Positions 47,957 to 60,866 are shown, counted from the first letter of the stretch. The stretch is 64,000 bases of DNA from Arenicellales bacterium (GCA_965243305.1 CBDEUN010000003.1:150286-214285); one strand, 5' to 3'. A program made the numbers and translations. The notes: generated from the sequence alone by a model not told the origin.

Positions 47957-48775
47957 TTACATTTCACGTGAAACTACAAAATTTGCCAGTTTTTCCAAAT
48001 TCTCAATATCCCTATTGACAGTGTGAAGATATCCGACTGCCCGGTCGCGCATTTCAATTGCCTTGCCCAGCGGATTTTCAACCAACGCATCATCATCAAG
48101 TTGATCGTCTTTAAATTGAAATGCCAAACCGACACACTCTCCATAATCGCTGAGCGCTTGAAACTCGTCCTCAGAAACGGAATCGCTTACTTGTGCGCCC
48201 ATTTGAACACTAGCCTGTATCAAACGTGAGGTCTTCAGCTGATGAATAGTCATTGGGTCGATTTCCCCTGACGACGAATTTTCAAACTGAATATCCAAAA
48301 CCTGACCGCCAACCATACCGTTTGAACCGGCTGCTTTCGCTAAAGTTGATATAAGAGTTCCTCTTCTTTCCTGTAAGTTTATCAAACTTTTATCTGACGC
48401 CAATATTTCGAACGCTAATGTCTGTAGTGCATCACCAACCAACACTGCAGTCGCTTCATCATACTTCCTGTGGCATGAGGGCATTCCACGACGAAAATCA
48501 TCATCATCCATACACGGCAAATCGTCATGAACGAGGGAATAGGCGTGAATACACTCAATGGCCGCAGCCGGTGCCTTCAATCGTTCCAGGCTTGTACCAA
48601 ATATTTTTCCGGTCATCATCACCAGTACTGCTCTGAAGCGCTTGCCTCCATTTAGAGTCGCATAGCGCATTGCCTCATGCAATTGCTTTGGAGATTGAGT
48701 AACCGGAGGAAGTCTGTCTTCCAGTGCTTGAACAGCCGCTTCCTGCAGCTGACGCCACTCCAGGTCAAATCCCAT
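47957..48775 (-). CDS. ispA: Farnesyl diphosphate synthase (short C-terminus)
   Basis: GGKRFR, SLVHDDLPCMDDDDFRRG, GQ.LD, LAFQ..DD.LD; lies between xseB and dxs. Confidence 0.9.
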   Translation of the reverse strand: MGFDLEWRQLQEAAVQALEDRLPPVTQSPKQLHEAMRYATLNGGKRFRAVLVMMTGKIFGTSLERLKAPAAAIECIHAYSLVHDDLPCMDDDDFRRGMPSCHRKYDEATAVLVGDALQTLAFEILASDKSLINLQERRGTLISTLAKAAGSNGMVGGQVLDIQFENSSSGEIDPMTIHQLKTSRLIQASVQMGAQVSDSVSEDEFQALSDYGECVGLAFQFKDDQLDDDALVENPLGKAIEMRDRAVGYLHTVNRDIENLEKLANFVVSREM

Positions 48776-48783
48776 TGATTTCC

Positions 48784-49047
48784 CTATTCTGAATCAAATG
48801 ATTTTGTCTGTACTTGCCCATCAGCAGCTTTAGTCAGTGATTCAACTCGCTGCTCGGCATCACTCAGCATTTTTTGGCACTCACGGACAATTTTTATGCC
48901 TCTTTCAAATTCGGCAATCGAAGTTTCCAGTGACTGAGTACCACCAGACATTCGCTGAATGATCGCTTCAAGTTCCTGAACAGCATCTTCGAAAGATAGC
49001 TCTTTCGCGGTTTCGGACTGGTGTTCTGCTGATTCAGTATTACTCAT
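48784..49047 (-). CDS. xseB: Exodeoxyribonuclease VII small subunit
   Basis: SFEDA..ELE.I...M..G..SLE.S...FERG...CQ..L..AEQRV. Confidence 0.93.
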   Translation of the reverse strand: MSNTESAEHQSETAKELSFEDAVQELEAIIQRMSGGTQSLETSIAEFERGIKIVRECQKMLSDAEQRVESLTKAADGQVQTKSFDSE

Positions 49048-49361
49048 CAATTGAGAACTCTTGCGAAGTCGGAAAATTCATTATATTCCTGAATTTGCCT
49101 GAAAAATATTCGTGGCGAGTCGAATTGATCAACCATGCGTTTCAGCTGCGTTGGCAGAGAATCACCAGAAAATTCACATATCTTGGAGATGTAGCGAATT
49201 TTTGCATATTACACTACTTGACCATTGAAAATAGTAGTCCAGAACTTATCTGCAATTGAACGAATATTTATTGAATAATTCCTAATTATCACTAATTATA
49301 AGTGTAGTTTATGGATTAATAAGATCAACATAAACGATTGATAATATAGGGATAATACACG

Positions 49362-49590
49362 ATGAAACGAATTCTGTCCAGTTCCAGTAAGGCCTCGGCC
49401 TCAATGCATTTCTGGGCCGCTGCGGCGACGAGGAAAATGCTTCGAAGCCCTGTTTGAATTGCGCTGACCGACGGCTTCATCTGCCCGAACTGCGGTCAAG
49501 ACAAAAGCTGTCACCTAAACACCCGCAAACTTCGCCAATACTACCGGTGCCATCGCCAGACCTCGGTGATTGCCGACACCATCTGCAATA
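49362..49590 (+). pseudogene. Decayed IS1595-family transposase N-terminal fragment
   Basis: Piecing frames together gives VQFQ*GLGLNAFL...CFEALFELR*P.GFICPNCGQDKSCHLNTRKL...RCHRQTSVIA.TI (zinc-ribbon region) with stops and frameshifts. Confidence 0.7.
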
Positions 49591-49833
49591 CATGGACCGA
49601 ATCAGACAATCACAAAAATACTGAACAAACGGACGAAAAAAGAGTTAATTAATTACAAATGAAATCTGGAAAGGATCACTGCCGCGAAGCATAAAATGCC
49701 CTCGCGTCCCAATAAATTAGAATACGCATCAGAAGCATGCCTTGGAATTTGAGTCTGGTTTTCCCGCAGTCCGTTTTCACCTGAAACAGCAGACTGCACG
49801 AGCGGCTGAAGGCGTCAAGGCCATGTGCATTCC

Positions 49834-49867
49834 AAAAAAGGCGTTCCCCTAAGGGAAACGCCTTTTT
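49834..49867. terminator. Intrinsic terminator downstream of katG
   Basis: AAAAAAGGCGTT...AACGCCTTTTT hairpin. Confidence 0.8.
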
Positions 49868-49899
49868 GCAAGCAAGTGAATTGAGTTCAGAAGATCGTT

Positions 49900-52113
<2,214 letters not shown>

Positions 52114-52451
52114 TCAAAATGCAAGTTTGTTGAATACAATCTCCTTCTATCCAGGAGACGATCGCTAATATTCAAATCTTCCAATACACAGAATTGTATT
52201 GAGAATGGCAACAGGCCGCCATTCGCCAATCATGAGCATACGATTCGCCTAACGAACCGGACCCATGAAACCGGCTCGGTCGCAGCAGCATAAGACGCTG
52301 CTTTAGCCCGCTCGAATTGCACATTGCAACGGCCGTGTCCCACTCTGGTACAGGGCAAATCATTATACGAGACATGGTGTGCAGCGCACAGAAAAATTCC
52401 CAGAAGAGGGTTTTTCGTTGGAGCAATTTTTTTGGGAATTATAAACAAAGG

Positions 52452-52480
52452 TTGACAAATCATTCAAAATAGTTTATAAC
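52452..52480 (+). promoter_or_regulatory. Sigma70-like promoter from the left IR, facing the transposase
   Basis: TTGACA-17 nt-TATAAC. Confidence 0.65.
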
Positions 52481-52518
52481 TTAACTCAACTGGAAGACAC
52501 ACCAAACGAGATTAAGTC

Positions 52519-53484
52519 ATGACAAAGAAGGCCCCCGGAAAGTCCCACAGAGAAGGTATCAGTCTTATTGATTTGTTTGCCATGTTTCCTAATGAGCAGA
52601 CTTCGATTAAGTGGTTTGAAAGTGTTGTATGGCCGCACGGTCGATACTGTCCACATTGCGGGTCGGTTAGAACTGGTAAAGCAAGTCATAAGAAAATGCC
52701 TTACTGGTGCACCGATTGTCGCAGTTATTTCAGTGTCAAAACAAACACACCGATTGCCAATTCCAAAGTACCGATGCAGAAGTGGTGCATAGCGATTTAC
52801 CTTTGTCTTACCAATCTTAAAAGCATTTCGAGCATGAAACTGCACCGCGATATTAAAGTGTCGCAACCAACGGCATGGTTCATGTTGCATCGTATCCGTG
52901 AAGCATGGATGGATGATTCTGATGATGACTTTCACGGACCTGTTGAAGTGGACGAATCGTATTTTGGCGGAATCGAAAAGAACAAACATGCTGATAAGCG
53001 ACTTCATGCAGGTCGCGGAGCGGTCGGCAAGACTGCGGTTGTTGGAATCAAAGACCGCAGGACTAACGAAGTTCGTGCGGAAGTGGTTGAAGATACAACG
53101 GCTGATACATTGCAGGGTTTTGTTGCTGATAATGTTAGCTATGACGCAACTGTTTACACTGATGATTCTACCGCTTACAGCAGTCTTCCATACGAACATG
53201 AATCGGTCAAACACTCGGTTGGTGAGTATGTTGACGGACAGGCTCATATCAACGGAGTTGAATCGTTCTGGTCTACGCTCAAAAGAGCGCATAAAGGCAC
53301 ATTTCACAAAATCAGTCCCAAGCATCTTGACAGATATGTTCATGAGTTTGCGGGTAAGCACAACATTCGCAACCTGGACACATTAGCACAGATGCGTGAT
53401 ACTGTCGCCAGGCTTGTCGGTCGCAACCTGCTTCACAGAAGGCTCACGGCGGACAACGGGCTTTCCTCCCACGCGCGGAGTTAA
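52519..53484 (+). CDS. IS1595-family (ISXO2-like) transposase
   Basis: CPHC...CTDC zinc ribbon, AWFMLHRIRE, VEVDESY, YTDD, NGVESFWS.LKR...G.FH. Confidence 0.95.
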   Translation: MTKKAPGKSHREGISLIDLFAMFPNEQTSIKWFESVVWPHGRYCPHCGSVRTGKASHKKMPYWCTDCRSYFSVKTNTPIANSKVPMQKWCIAIYLCLTNLKSISSMKLHRDIKVSQPTAWFMLHRIREAWMDDSDDDFHGPVEVDESYFGGIEKNKHADKRLHAGRGAVGKTAVVGIKDRRTNEVRAEVVEDTTADTLQGFVADNVSYDATVYTDDSTAYSSLPYEHESVKHSVGEYVDGQAHINGVESFWSTLKRAHKGTFHKISPKHLDRYVHEFAGKHNIRNLDTLAQMRDTVARLVGRNLLHRRLTADNGLSSHARS

Positions 53485-53559
53485 TAACGCCTTTGCCAGT
53501 GTTTCGGGTGTAGCACCTTTCAAGTCTCGTTGCGGGTCGAGTTTTCGTCTGTATTTCAT
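53383..53559 (-). CDS. Small hypothetical protein (58 aa), antisense-overlapping the transposase 3' end
   Basis: ATG overlaps the MTase-HNH stop (ATGA) and is preceded by GGAGG. Confidence 0.5.
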   Translation of the reverse strand: MKYRRKLDPQRDLKGATPETLAKALLTPRVGGKPVVRREPSVKQVATDKPGDSITHLC

Positions 53560-54854
53560 TGTGCGGCCCTCCATTCAGCCATCGTTTTACCGCTCTTGCT
53601 CCGGTTACAACCGGAGCAGAGTAGTTGTAAATTGTCTTCATGATCTGTTCCGCCTCTTGACTTTGGCAGGATGTGATCAACGTCCATTACCCGAAATGGA
53701 AAGTGAGTATCGCAACCGATACAGACACCTTCCTGTTCGCCATATAGTCGATGTCGATGTGTTCGATAGTTTGGCAGTTTGCCCAAATCAGTTCGTATTG
53801 GAGACGTATCAAGTGCATTCGCGCCACCAAACAGACCGCGATCTTCACTGATGCGTTCATTCACCAGTTTGATTGCAAGTGGCGATAAGTCAATCCCCGC
53901 CCATTTTCTTTGCAATCTGTCAGCTGCAACAAGCGTGGTCGCACAGCCACAGAACGGGTCAAATACCATATCGTCTTTATTAGTAGATGTTCTAATGATT
54001 CGTTCCAATAATGGCAATGGCTTTTGAGTCGGATAGCCTGTGCGCTCTTTTGACCGACCATTCAAAAGCGATAAATGCCAAACGGCAGATATTGCTTTTC
54101 CTTTTGGGTTGGGTACATCATAGACAGATCGACCTTCCTTAGCCCATTTCGCAAGATTCTCATCGGTTACTTTCTTTCTGTCATAAATGCGTACAATCTT
54201 TATTCCCTTGCCTGTTGACCCCAAGTTATACCCCTGTTTGATCAATGCTTTCTGTCGCGCAGTTAATGACCCATATTGTTTGTTGAAAGTGTTGTCATCA
54301 CACTTTGCATAAAACAAAATTATGTCGTTGTTGCGTTGAAAATAACGAGCTGCATTAGTCCATTTCTCATAAGCCCAAACAATCTCATTTCTGAAATTAT
54401 TTCTGCCAAATATTGAATCCAGCAGCAGTTTGAGATAGTGCGAGGCAGTCGGGTCGCAGTGAAGATAGATTGAGCCTGTTGGCTTCAGAATGCGATGCAT
54501 TTCAAGCAGTCGCACTGCCATCATAACCAGGTAGGATTGCATGGATTTTCCATGAGCCTGCCGGGCTGCTTCAATGACAGAGTAAGCAGCCTGGTTTCTG
54601 TCAGCCAGTTCACCATGTTCATGAACATCAATATCAGAAAGCGTCCAGGTATCTTTGAACGCTGCACCTGCGGCTTCTGATCCAATTGGCGCTGAATAGT
54701 TTTTGTTGCTGTTGAATGGCGGATCCAGGTAAATCAGATCAACCGATTCTGAATTCATGCCCCGCATGACTGGCAGATTGTCGCCCGTCCAGATCGTACC
54801 ACTGGCGAAATTGGCCTGACTGCGGAATGATGATTCTCGCTGAGGGGTGATCAT
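53556..54854 (-). CDS. N6A/N4C DNA methyltransferase (beta-class motif order) fused to a C-terminal HNH nuclease domain
   Basis: DLIYLDPPF precedes YPTQKP and DPFCGCATT; C-terminal CIGC...VDHILPKSRGG....NLQLLCSGCNRSK. Confidence 0.9.
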   Translation of the reverse strand: MITPQRESSFRSQANFASGTIWTGDNLPVMRGMNSESVDLIYLDPPFNSNKNYSAPIGSEAAGAAFKDTWTLSDIDVHEHGELADRNQAAYSVIEAARQAHGKSMQSYLVMMAVRLLEMHRILKPTGSIYLHCDPTASHYLKLLLDSIFGRNNFRNEIVWAYEKWTNAARYFQRNNDIILFYAKCDDNTFNKQYGSLTARQKALIKQGYNLGSTGKGIKIVRIYDRKKVTDENLAKWAKEGRSVYDVPNPKGKAISAVWHLSLLNGRSKERTGYPTQKPLPLLERIIRTSTNKDDMVFDPFCGCATTLVAADRLQRKWAGIDLSPLAIKLVNERISEDRGLFGGANALDTSPIRTDLGKLPNYRTHRHRLYGEQEGVCIGCDTHFPFRVMDVDHILPKSRGGTDHEDNLQLLCSGCNRSKSGKTMAEWRAAQ

Positions 54855-55252
54855 AAATCTGAAATGTCCAAAGACTTAATGACTATTTCGACCATCCGGG
54901 TGACAGTGCTGCTAATCGCTGCAGTGGTGATGGCCTGGTTGGTTTTCCTGAGATAACTGATGGCTTTCCCGTAGTGATTGCCAGCATGTCTCACATATTC
55001 ACCGCCTGAAGGCGACAATCCGGAAAGAAATCCAATCACTAATGATGACCCTTCAAAGGCCTTGATTTCTTGATAGTCTCCGACTAGCAATCCGGTTTGG
55101 ATTGCACAAATAATCGAGTAATCCACATCGCATTGATCTTTGCCTGGAAATGCTGCGTAAATATCAGAAACCTGCAGATTCGCTGGATATGGGACTTCAT
55201 CTTTAGCAAAATAACGTAGGATTTCTAGAGTTAAATCAGGTTTTTCAATCAT
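54851..55252 (-). CDS. Hypothetical protein (possibly winged-helix, DUF2513-like)
   Basis: 133-aa ORF with ATGA coupling to the MTase; DL..EIL and L+..G.EY pattern; family assignment weak. Confidence 0.6.
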   Translation of the reverse strand: MIEKPDLTLEILRYFAKDEVPYPANLQVSDIYAAFPGKDQCDVDYSIICAIQTGLLVGDYQEIKAFEGSSLVIGFLSGLSPSGGEYVRHAGNHYGKAISYLRKTNQAITTAAISSTVTRMVEIVIKSLDISDL

Positions 55253-55299
55253 AGCCCCCAACCCCGCTTCTGGCGTGGACACCATCACTGAAGAAACAG

Positions 55300-55515
55300 G
55301 GTTGCCGTGAAATCAAGGCAACGACGATCGAAAGAAAGTATTCTGATGGCAATGCGTCGGAAGTGAGGCCGTTAATTCCATGGTGACCTGGGTCCCGAAT
55401 TATAGTTTGGTCCGCTCCGCAGTCATTGCCTATCACTGGTGGCGCCGTAAGGCGACCCCGTTTCAAAGATTGTTCGAGACTCAATAGCGGAGTATCCGAC
55501 GCAGCCATCAAAGTG
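55300..55515 (+). ncRNA. Candidate IS110 bridge/guide RNA
   Basis: Stems by inspection: 55301-06/55317-22, 55344-61/55495-510, 55415-20/55487-92, and CGCC-GTAA-GGCG at 55443-54; located in the IS110 non-coding end. Confidence 0.6.
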
Positions 55516-55541
55516 TTGAATACAACGAAAGGGATTGTAGC

Positions 55542-56924
55542 ATGAAAAAGACGGCGAGGAATTTAATGAGTGTTGTTTATCCGAGAAGTGCCGGTATTGA
55601 TGTCGCGAAAGATATCCATTATGTGGCGTTGCCGGCGGATGACAAGGGCAGGCAGGATGTCAGATCATTTGGCGGCTTCACCGGGGATTTGCACAAAATG
55701 GCTCAATGGTTGAAGAGCCATGGCATTGAGCAGGTTGCGCTTGAGTCGACCGGGGTGTATTGGATCAGTTTGTTTGAGGTTCTTGATGCCGGTGGTTTTG
55801 ATGTGTGGCTGGTCAATCCGGTTGGATTGGCAAGGCCTGACCGTCGCAAGAGTGATGTGTTGGACTGTCAGTGGATTCAGCAGTTGATGAGTTTGGGGAT
55901 GCTGAAGCGTTCTCACCGTCCGGTTGACAGGATATGCGAGTTGCGAAGTTATGTGCGCGACCGTCGCCGGGCGATTGAACAGCGAAGTCAGTGTGTGCAG
56001 CGCATGCAAAAGGCGTTGGAGCAGATGAATCTGAAACTGGGGACGGTGTTAAGCAACATTGCCGGTAAAACCGGCATGCGAATCATCCATGCGATTGTTG
56101 AAGGCGAGCGCAGTGGGGAGGCGTTGGCGAAGATGCGTGATGGTCGGGTCAAGGCTGATGAGGCGGCGATTGCGGCTGCGCTTGAAGGCAACTGGCGCAC
56201 TGAGCATTTGTTTTCTCTGCAGCAGGCGCTTGACAGTTATCGTCACTACGACAGGCAGATTGAGCAGTTGGAGGTGCGCATTGAACAGCTTGTCAGCAGG
56301 ATGAATGAGGCAGACGGTGAGGATGACAGTGGTGAAGCTGATGCCGGTGAGGGTTCAGTTGGTGCGGGTCACAGTGGTGTGAATTGGAAGGTGGCGATGA
56401 GAAAAAACATGCACGATGCGTTTGGCGTGGATTTAACGAAGGTTCCAGGCGTTGGACTTGAGACGGTGTTAACACTGCTGTCTGAGGTGGGCAGTGATTT
56501 TTCAGCGTTCCCGACAGTGGGTCAGTTTGGTCAGTGGCTGGGACTGGCGCCCGGGACCAACATCAGTGGTGCCAAGCGGTTATCGGGGGCCAAGTCCCGC
56601 GGCTGTCAGGCAGCCGGTCAGGCGCTTCGCCTGGCAGCGGTGACGCTTCGCAGGGATTCGAGTTTGCTTGGCGCTGCACACCGGCGCCGGTGCATGCGCA
56701 TGGACCCGCCCCGAGCCATCAAGGCAAGTGCCTATCAGTTGGCCCGCATCATATACGCAATGGTGACCAATGCCCGAGAGTACACTGAAGAGCCGATGCG
56801 TGCGGCTGAAGCTGATCGACACCAAAAGAAAGTCGACCGACTCAGGCAGAACGCCTTACGGCTGGGCCTGCAGGTCGTCGATCTGGAATCTGATGATGTT
56901 GCACAATTTCAAGCTGTTGCGTGA
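55542..56924 (+). CDS. IS110-family DEDD recombinase/transposase
   Basis: AGIDVAK, ALESTGVYW, KSDVLD, VPGVG, WLGLAP...SG. Confidence 0.95.
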   Translation: MKKTARNLMSVVYPRSAGIDVAKDIHYVALPADDKGRQDVRSFGGFTGDLHKMAQWLKSHGIEQVALESTGVYWISLFEVLDAGGFDVWLVNPVGLARPDRRKSDVLDCQWIQQLMSLGMLKRSHRPVDRICELRSYVRDRRRAIEQRSQCVQRMQKALEQMNLKLGTVLSNIAGKTGMRIIHAIVEGERSGEALAKMRDGRVKADEAAIAAALEGNWRTEHLFSLQQALDSYRHYDRQIEQLEVRIEQLVSRMNEADGEDDSGEADAGEGSVGAGHSGVNWKVAMRKNMHDAFGVDLTKVPGVGLETVLTLLSEVGSDFSAFPTVGQFGQWLGLAPGTNISGAKRLSGAKSRGCQAAGQALRLAAVTLRRDSSLLGAAHRRRCMRMDPPRAIKASAYQLARIIYAMVTNAREYTEEPMRAAEADRHQKKVDRLRQNALRLGLQVVDLESDDVAQFQAVA

Positions 56925-57020
56925 CCGATACTTCTCCCAAAAAAGGGGTGTGCTAAGATTTGTTTCTTCAAAGGAGGAATACATTGAATAACTGTTGCAG
57001 GATATTTATTGATAATCGGC

Positions 57021-57049
57021 ATTTTATTCACTCACCCCTGTATTGTCAA
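57021..57049 (-). promoter_or_regulatory. Sigma70-like promoter from the right IR, facing the cargo operon
   Basis: Minus strand TTGACA-17 nt-TAAAAT. Confidence 0.65.
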
Positions 57050-57368
57050 CCTTTATTTATAATTCCCTAACATAAGCTATGTTTCAAGAGCTTTTCAGGC
57101 ATGGGCAGTGTTCTCAGGGCAACGTAAGTCAGTCTCAGGATCAGGTCCGGCAGACTGTATCGCCGATGGAAGAGCAGCATGAATTAGATGGCACTGTATT
57201 GTCGAGCGACTTTAAATCTAGAGCGCGCGACAGCAGCAGTGTCTTTCATTCCACAAACGTCTATCTGTCAGAGCATTTTGACAAAAAATTTAACGTGGAA
57301 AACACCTAGGCAATTACTGCCAAAGTGTGCACGCCTGCGTGCCAAGAGTCCGATTTCAGTGGTTCCGG

Positions 57369-57670
57369 TTAGGATGTAACCTGATCCGCAACTGCCATGC
57401 TCTGGTTGATTTGGACACAGAACCAGGTGACCAGCGAACCCAGTGACACCCAGAATATGGCATTCGCGATGGCATAGGCATAGACAAACTGGCCAGCAAG
57501 CGCTTCGAGTGCCTTTGCCGCTTCCGGGCTTTGGTCAAGAAACATCGGACCTTCCGGATGCGGTGCGCCGATAAGATACGGGACCACGATGATCAGCGTG
57601 GCGATCCATCGCCAGGGTGCAGGGACGAAAGCAAGTCCTCCGACCCCAACTATCGCACAGACCACGCAAA
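57369..57670 (-). pseudogene. C-terminal fragment of a CbtA-like cobalt transporter membrane protein
   Basis: P.LIGAPHP...LA.QF.......NAIFW..LG motif; 5' part absent, fragment abuts the guaA stop codon. Confidence 0.65.
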
Positions 57671-59257
57671 TTACTCCCACTCAATCGTTGCTGGTGGCTT
57701 GCTTGAAATGTCATAGGTGACTCGGCTAATTCCAGGAATTTCGTTGACAATACGGCTGGCAATTAGTTCAAGAATTTCAAACGGAATACGCATACATCTG
57801 GCAGTCATGAAGTCCTGTGTCTGAACCGCCCGTAAACTTACCACATACTCATACGCCCGATTGTCACCGACCACACCCACAGACTTAACAGGTAAAAACA
57901 CTGCAAAAGCCTGGCTCGCTTCGTAATACAAATCATTCCTGACCAGTTCTTCCATAAAGATTGCGTCCGCAAGTCGCAGTAATTCTGCATACTGTTTTTT
58001 AACTTCTCCAAGAATTCGAACACCAAGACCTGGTCCTGGAAACGGGTGTCGATAAACGATCTCCGGTGGCAGTCCAAGTTCCACACCCACCTCTCGAACC
58101 TCATCCTTGAACAACTCCCGAAGCGGCTCCAGAAGTTGCAGATGCATTGAATCCGGCAGACCGCCCACGTTGTGATGCGACTTGATGACTTTAGCCTTTT
58201 GTGTATGTGCACCTGCCGATTCGATGACATCCGGATATATCGTACCTTGAGCCAACCACTTGATGTTCTGCAGTTCTCTGGCTTCTTCCTGAAATATTTC
58301 AATAAATTCCCGTCCAATGATCTTGCGCTTTTCTTCAGGATCAGAAACACCTGACAACGCGGTAAAGAATCGGTCCTCCGCCTTAACTGTCACGACATCC
58401 ACACCGAGTTTTTCGACCATATTCTTGCGCACTATCTGCGCTTCATTCAAACGCAGCAAACCGTTATCGACAAAAATGCAAGTTAACTGTTCTCCAATCG
58501 CCCGATGCAGTAAAGCTGCACATACTGATGAATCGACTCCTCCAGAAAGAGCCAAAATCACCCTGCCAGTTCCGACGGTCTGTTTGATGCTGTCAATCTG
58601 TGCATCAATTATTGATCCTGTCTGCCAGTCAGATGAACACCCACAGATGACATGAAGAAATCGCTGGAGAATTTCTTTTCCTCCCTCTGTATGTGTAACT
58701 TCCGGATGGAATTGAAGCCCGTAGAGATGTCGACTTGTATCAGCTATTGCCGCATAGGGAGAGGCGGCGGATTCAGCAATGGATTCAAAGCCTGGTGGCA
58801 TTTCGATCACTCGGTCTCCATGACTCATCCACACATTCATCGTGGTAGATGCCTCACTCGCCGGTCCGGTATCGGTCAACAACTCCGATGTGCCAATCAG
58901 ATTCATTTCGGTATGTCCGTATTCGCGTACCAGTGCATTTTCAACCTGACCACCAAGCTGTGCCACAATGGTCTGCATTCCGTAGCAGATGCCAAGTACA
59001 GGCACCCCCAGTTTTAGAACTTCTGGTGCAACCCGAGCAGTAAATTCTTCAGTTACTGTGGCTGGACCACCAGAAAGGATGACTCCGGTCGGTTTAAACT
59101 TAAAAATTGAATCGACGGGTGTATCGTAGGAATAGATCGCACTGTATACACCACACTCGCGCACGCGTCGCGCGATGAGTTGTGTGTACTGGGAACCAAA
59201 ATCCAGAACCAGAATACGTTCTGTTGGCAATTCCAGTGTGTGAGTGTCTGCAACCAA
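57671..59257 (-). CDS. guaA: GMP synthase
   Basis: [44 protein letters not shown]. Confidence 0.98.
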   Translation of the reverse strand: MVADTHTLELPTERILVLDFGSQYTQLIARRVRECGVYSAIYSYDTPVDSIFKFKPTGVILSGGPATVTEEFTARVAPEVLKLGVPVLGICYGMQTIVAQLGGQVENALVREYGHTEMNLIGTSELLTDTGPASEASTTMNVWMSHGDRVIEMPPGFESIAESAASPYAAIADTSRHLYGLQFHPEVTHTEGGKEILQRFLHVICGCSSDWQTGSIIDAQIDSIKQTVGTGRVILALSGGVDSSVCAALLHRAIGEQLTCIFVDNGLLRLNEAQIVRKNMVEKLGVDVVTVKAEDRFFTALSGVSDPEEKRKIIGREFIEIFQEEARELQNIKWLAQGTIYPDVIESAGAHTQKAKVIKSHHNVGGLPDSMHLQLLEPLRELFKDEVREVGVELGLPPEIVYRHPFPGPGLGVRILGEVKKQYAELLRLADAIFMEELVRNDLYYEASQAFAVFLPVKSVGVVGDNRAYEYVVSLRAVQTQDFMTARCMRIPFEILELIASRIVNEIPGISRVTYDISSKPPATIEWE

Positions 59258-59375
59258 TTCTACGTATTGGAATGAATTGCCTTGCTTTTTTCGGCAGCAA
59301 CCAATGAATTTTCAGATCGATTCAACACCTGTCGAAGTTTCACTCTACGCCAGTCGAAGGAATACGATTGCAAAC

Positions 59376-60866
<1,491 letters not shown>

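Larger units (their letters stand above)
55286..56975 (+). mobile_element. IS110-family element (ends uncertain by a few bp)
   Basis: Subterminal IR TGAAGAAACA (55289-55298) / TGTTTCTTCA (56961-56970), long 5' non-coding end and DEDD recombinase. Confidence 0.85.
52434..57067 (+). mobile_element. IS1595-family transposon with passenger genes (4634 bp including nested IS110)
   Basis: 25-bp terminal IRs GGGAATTATAAA(C/T)AAAGGTTGACAA (52434-52458, 57043-57067; one mismatch) enclose transposase and cargo; no target duplication seen. Confidence 0.88.

Noticed and set aside
49690-49750. Faint similarity to the Rpn upstream region at 1750-1840 (TAAAATG.CCCTC and AGAAGCAT.CC..GGAAT)
   Set aside because: Short and gapped; cannot be separated from chance without an alignment
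52486-53361. 291-aa ORF antisense to the IS1595 transposase
   Set aside because: Fully nested shadow frame with no motif; the sense protein is unambiguous
55342-55349. TCTGATGG in the IS110 leader as a target guide (complementary to CCATCA plus GA)
   Set aside because: It pairs with 55504-55510 in the closing stem, so the match is more simply structural
52426-57075. 8-bp target-site duplication for the IS1595 transposon
   Set aside because: The flanks ATTTTTTT and TAACATAA do not match, so none is reported
57068-57368. Short ORFs or a possible transposase relic right of the IS1595 IR
   Set aside because: No convincing motif in any frame
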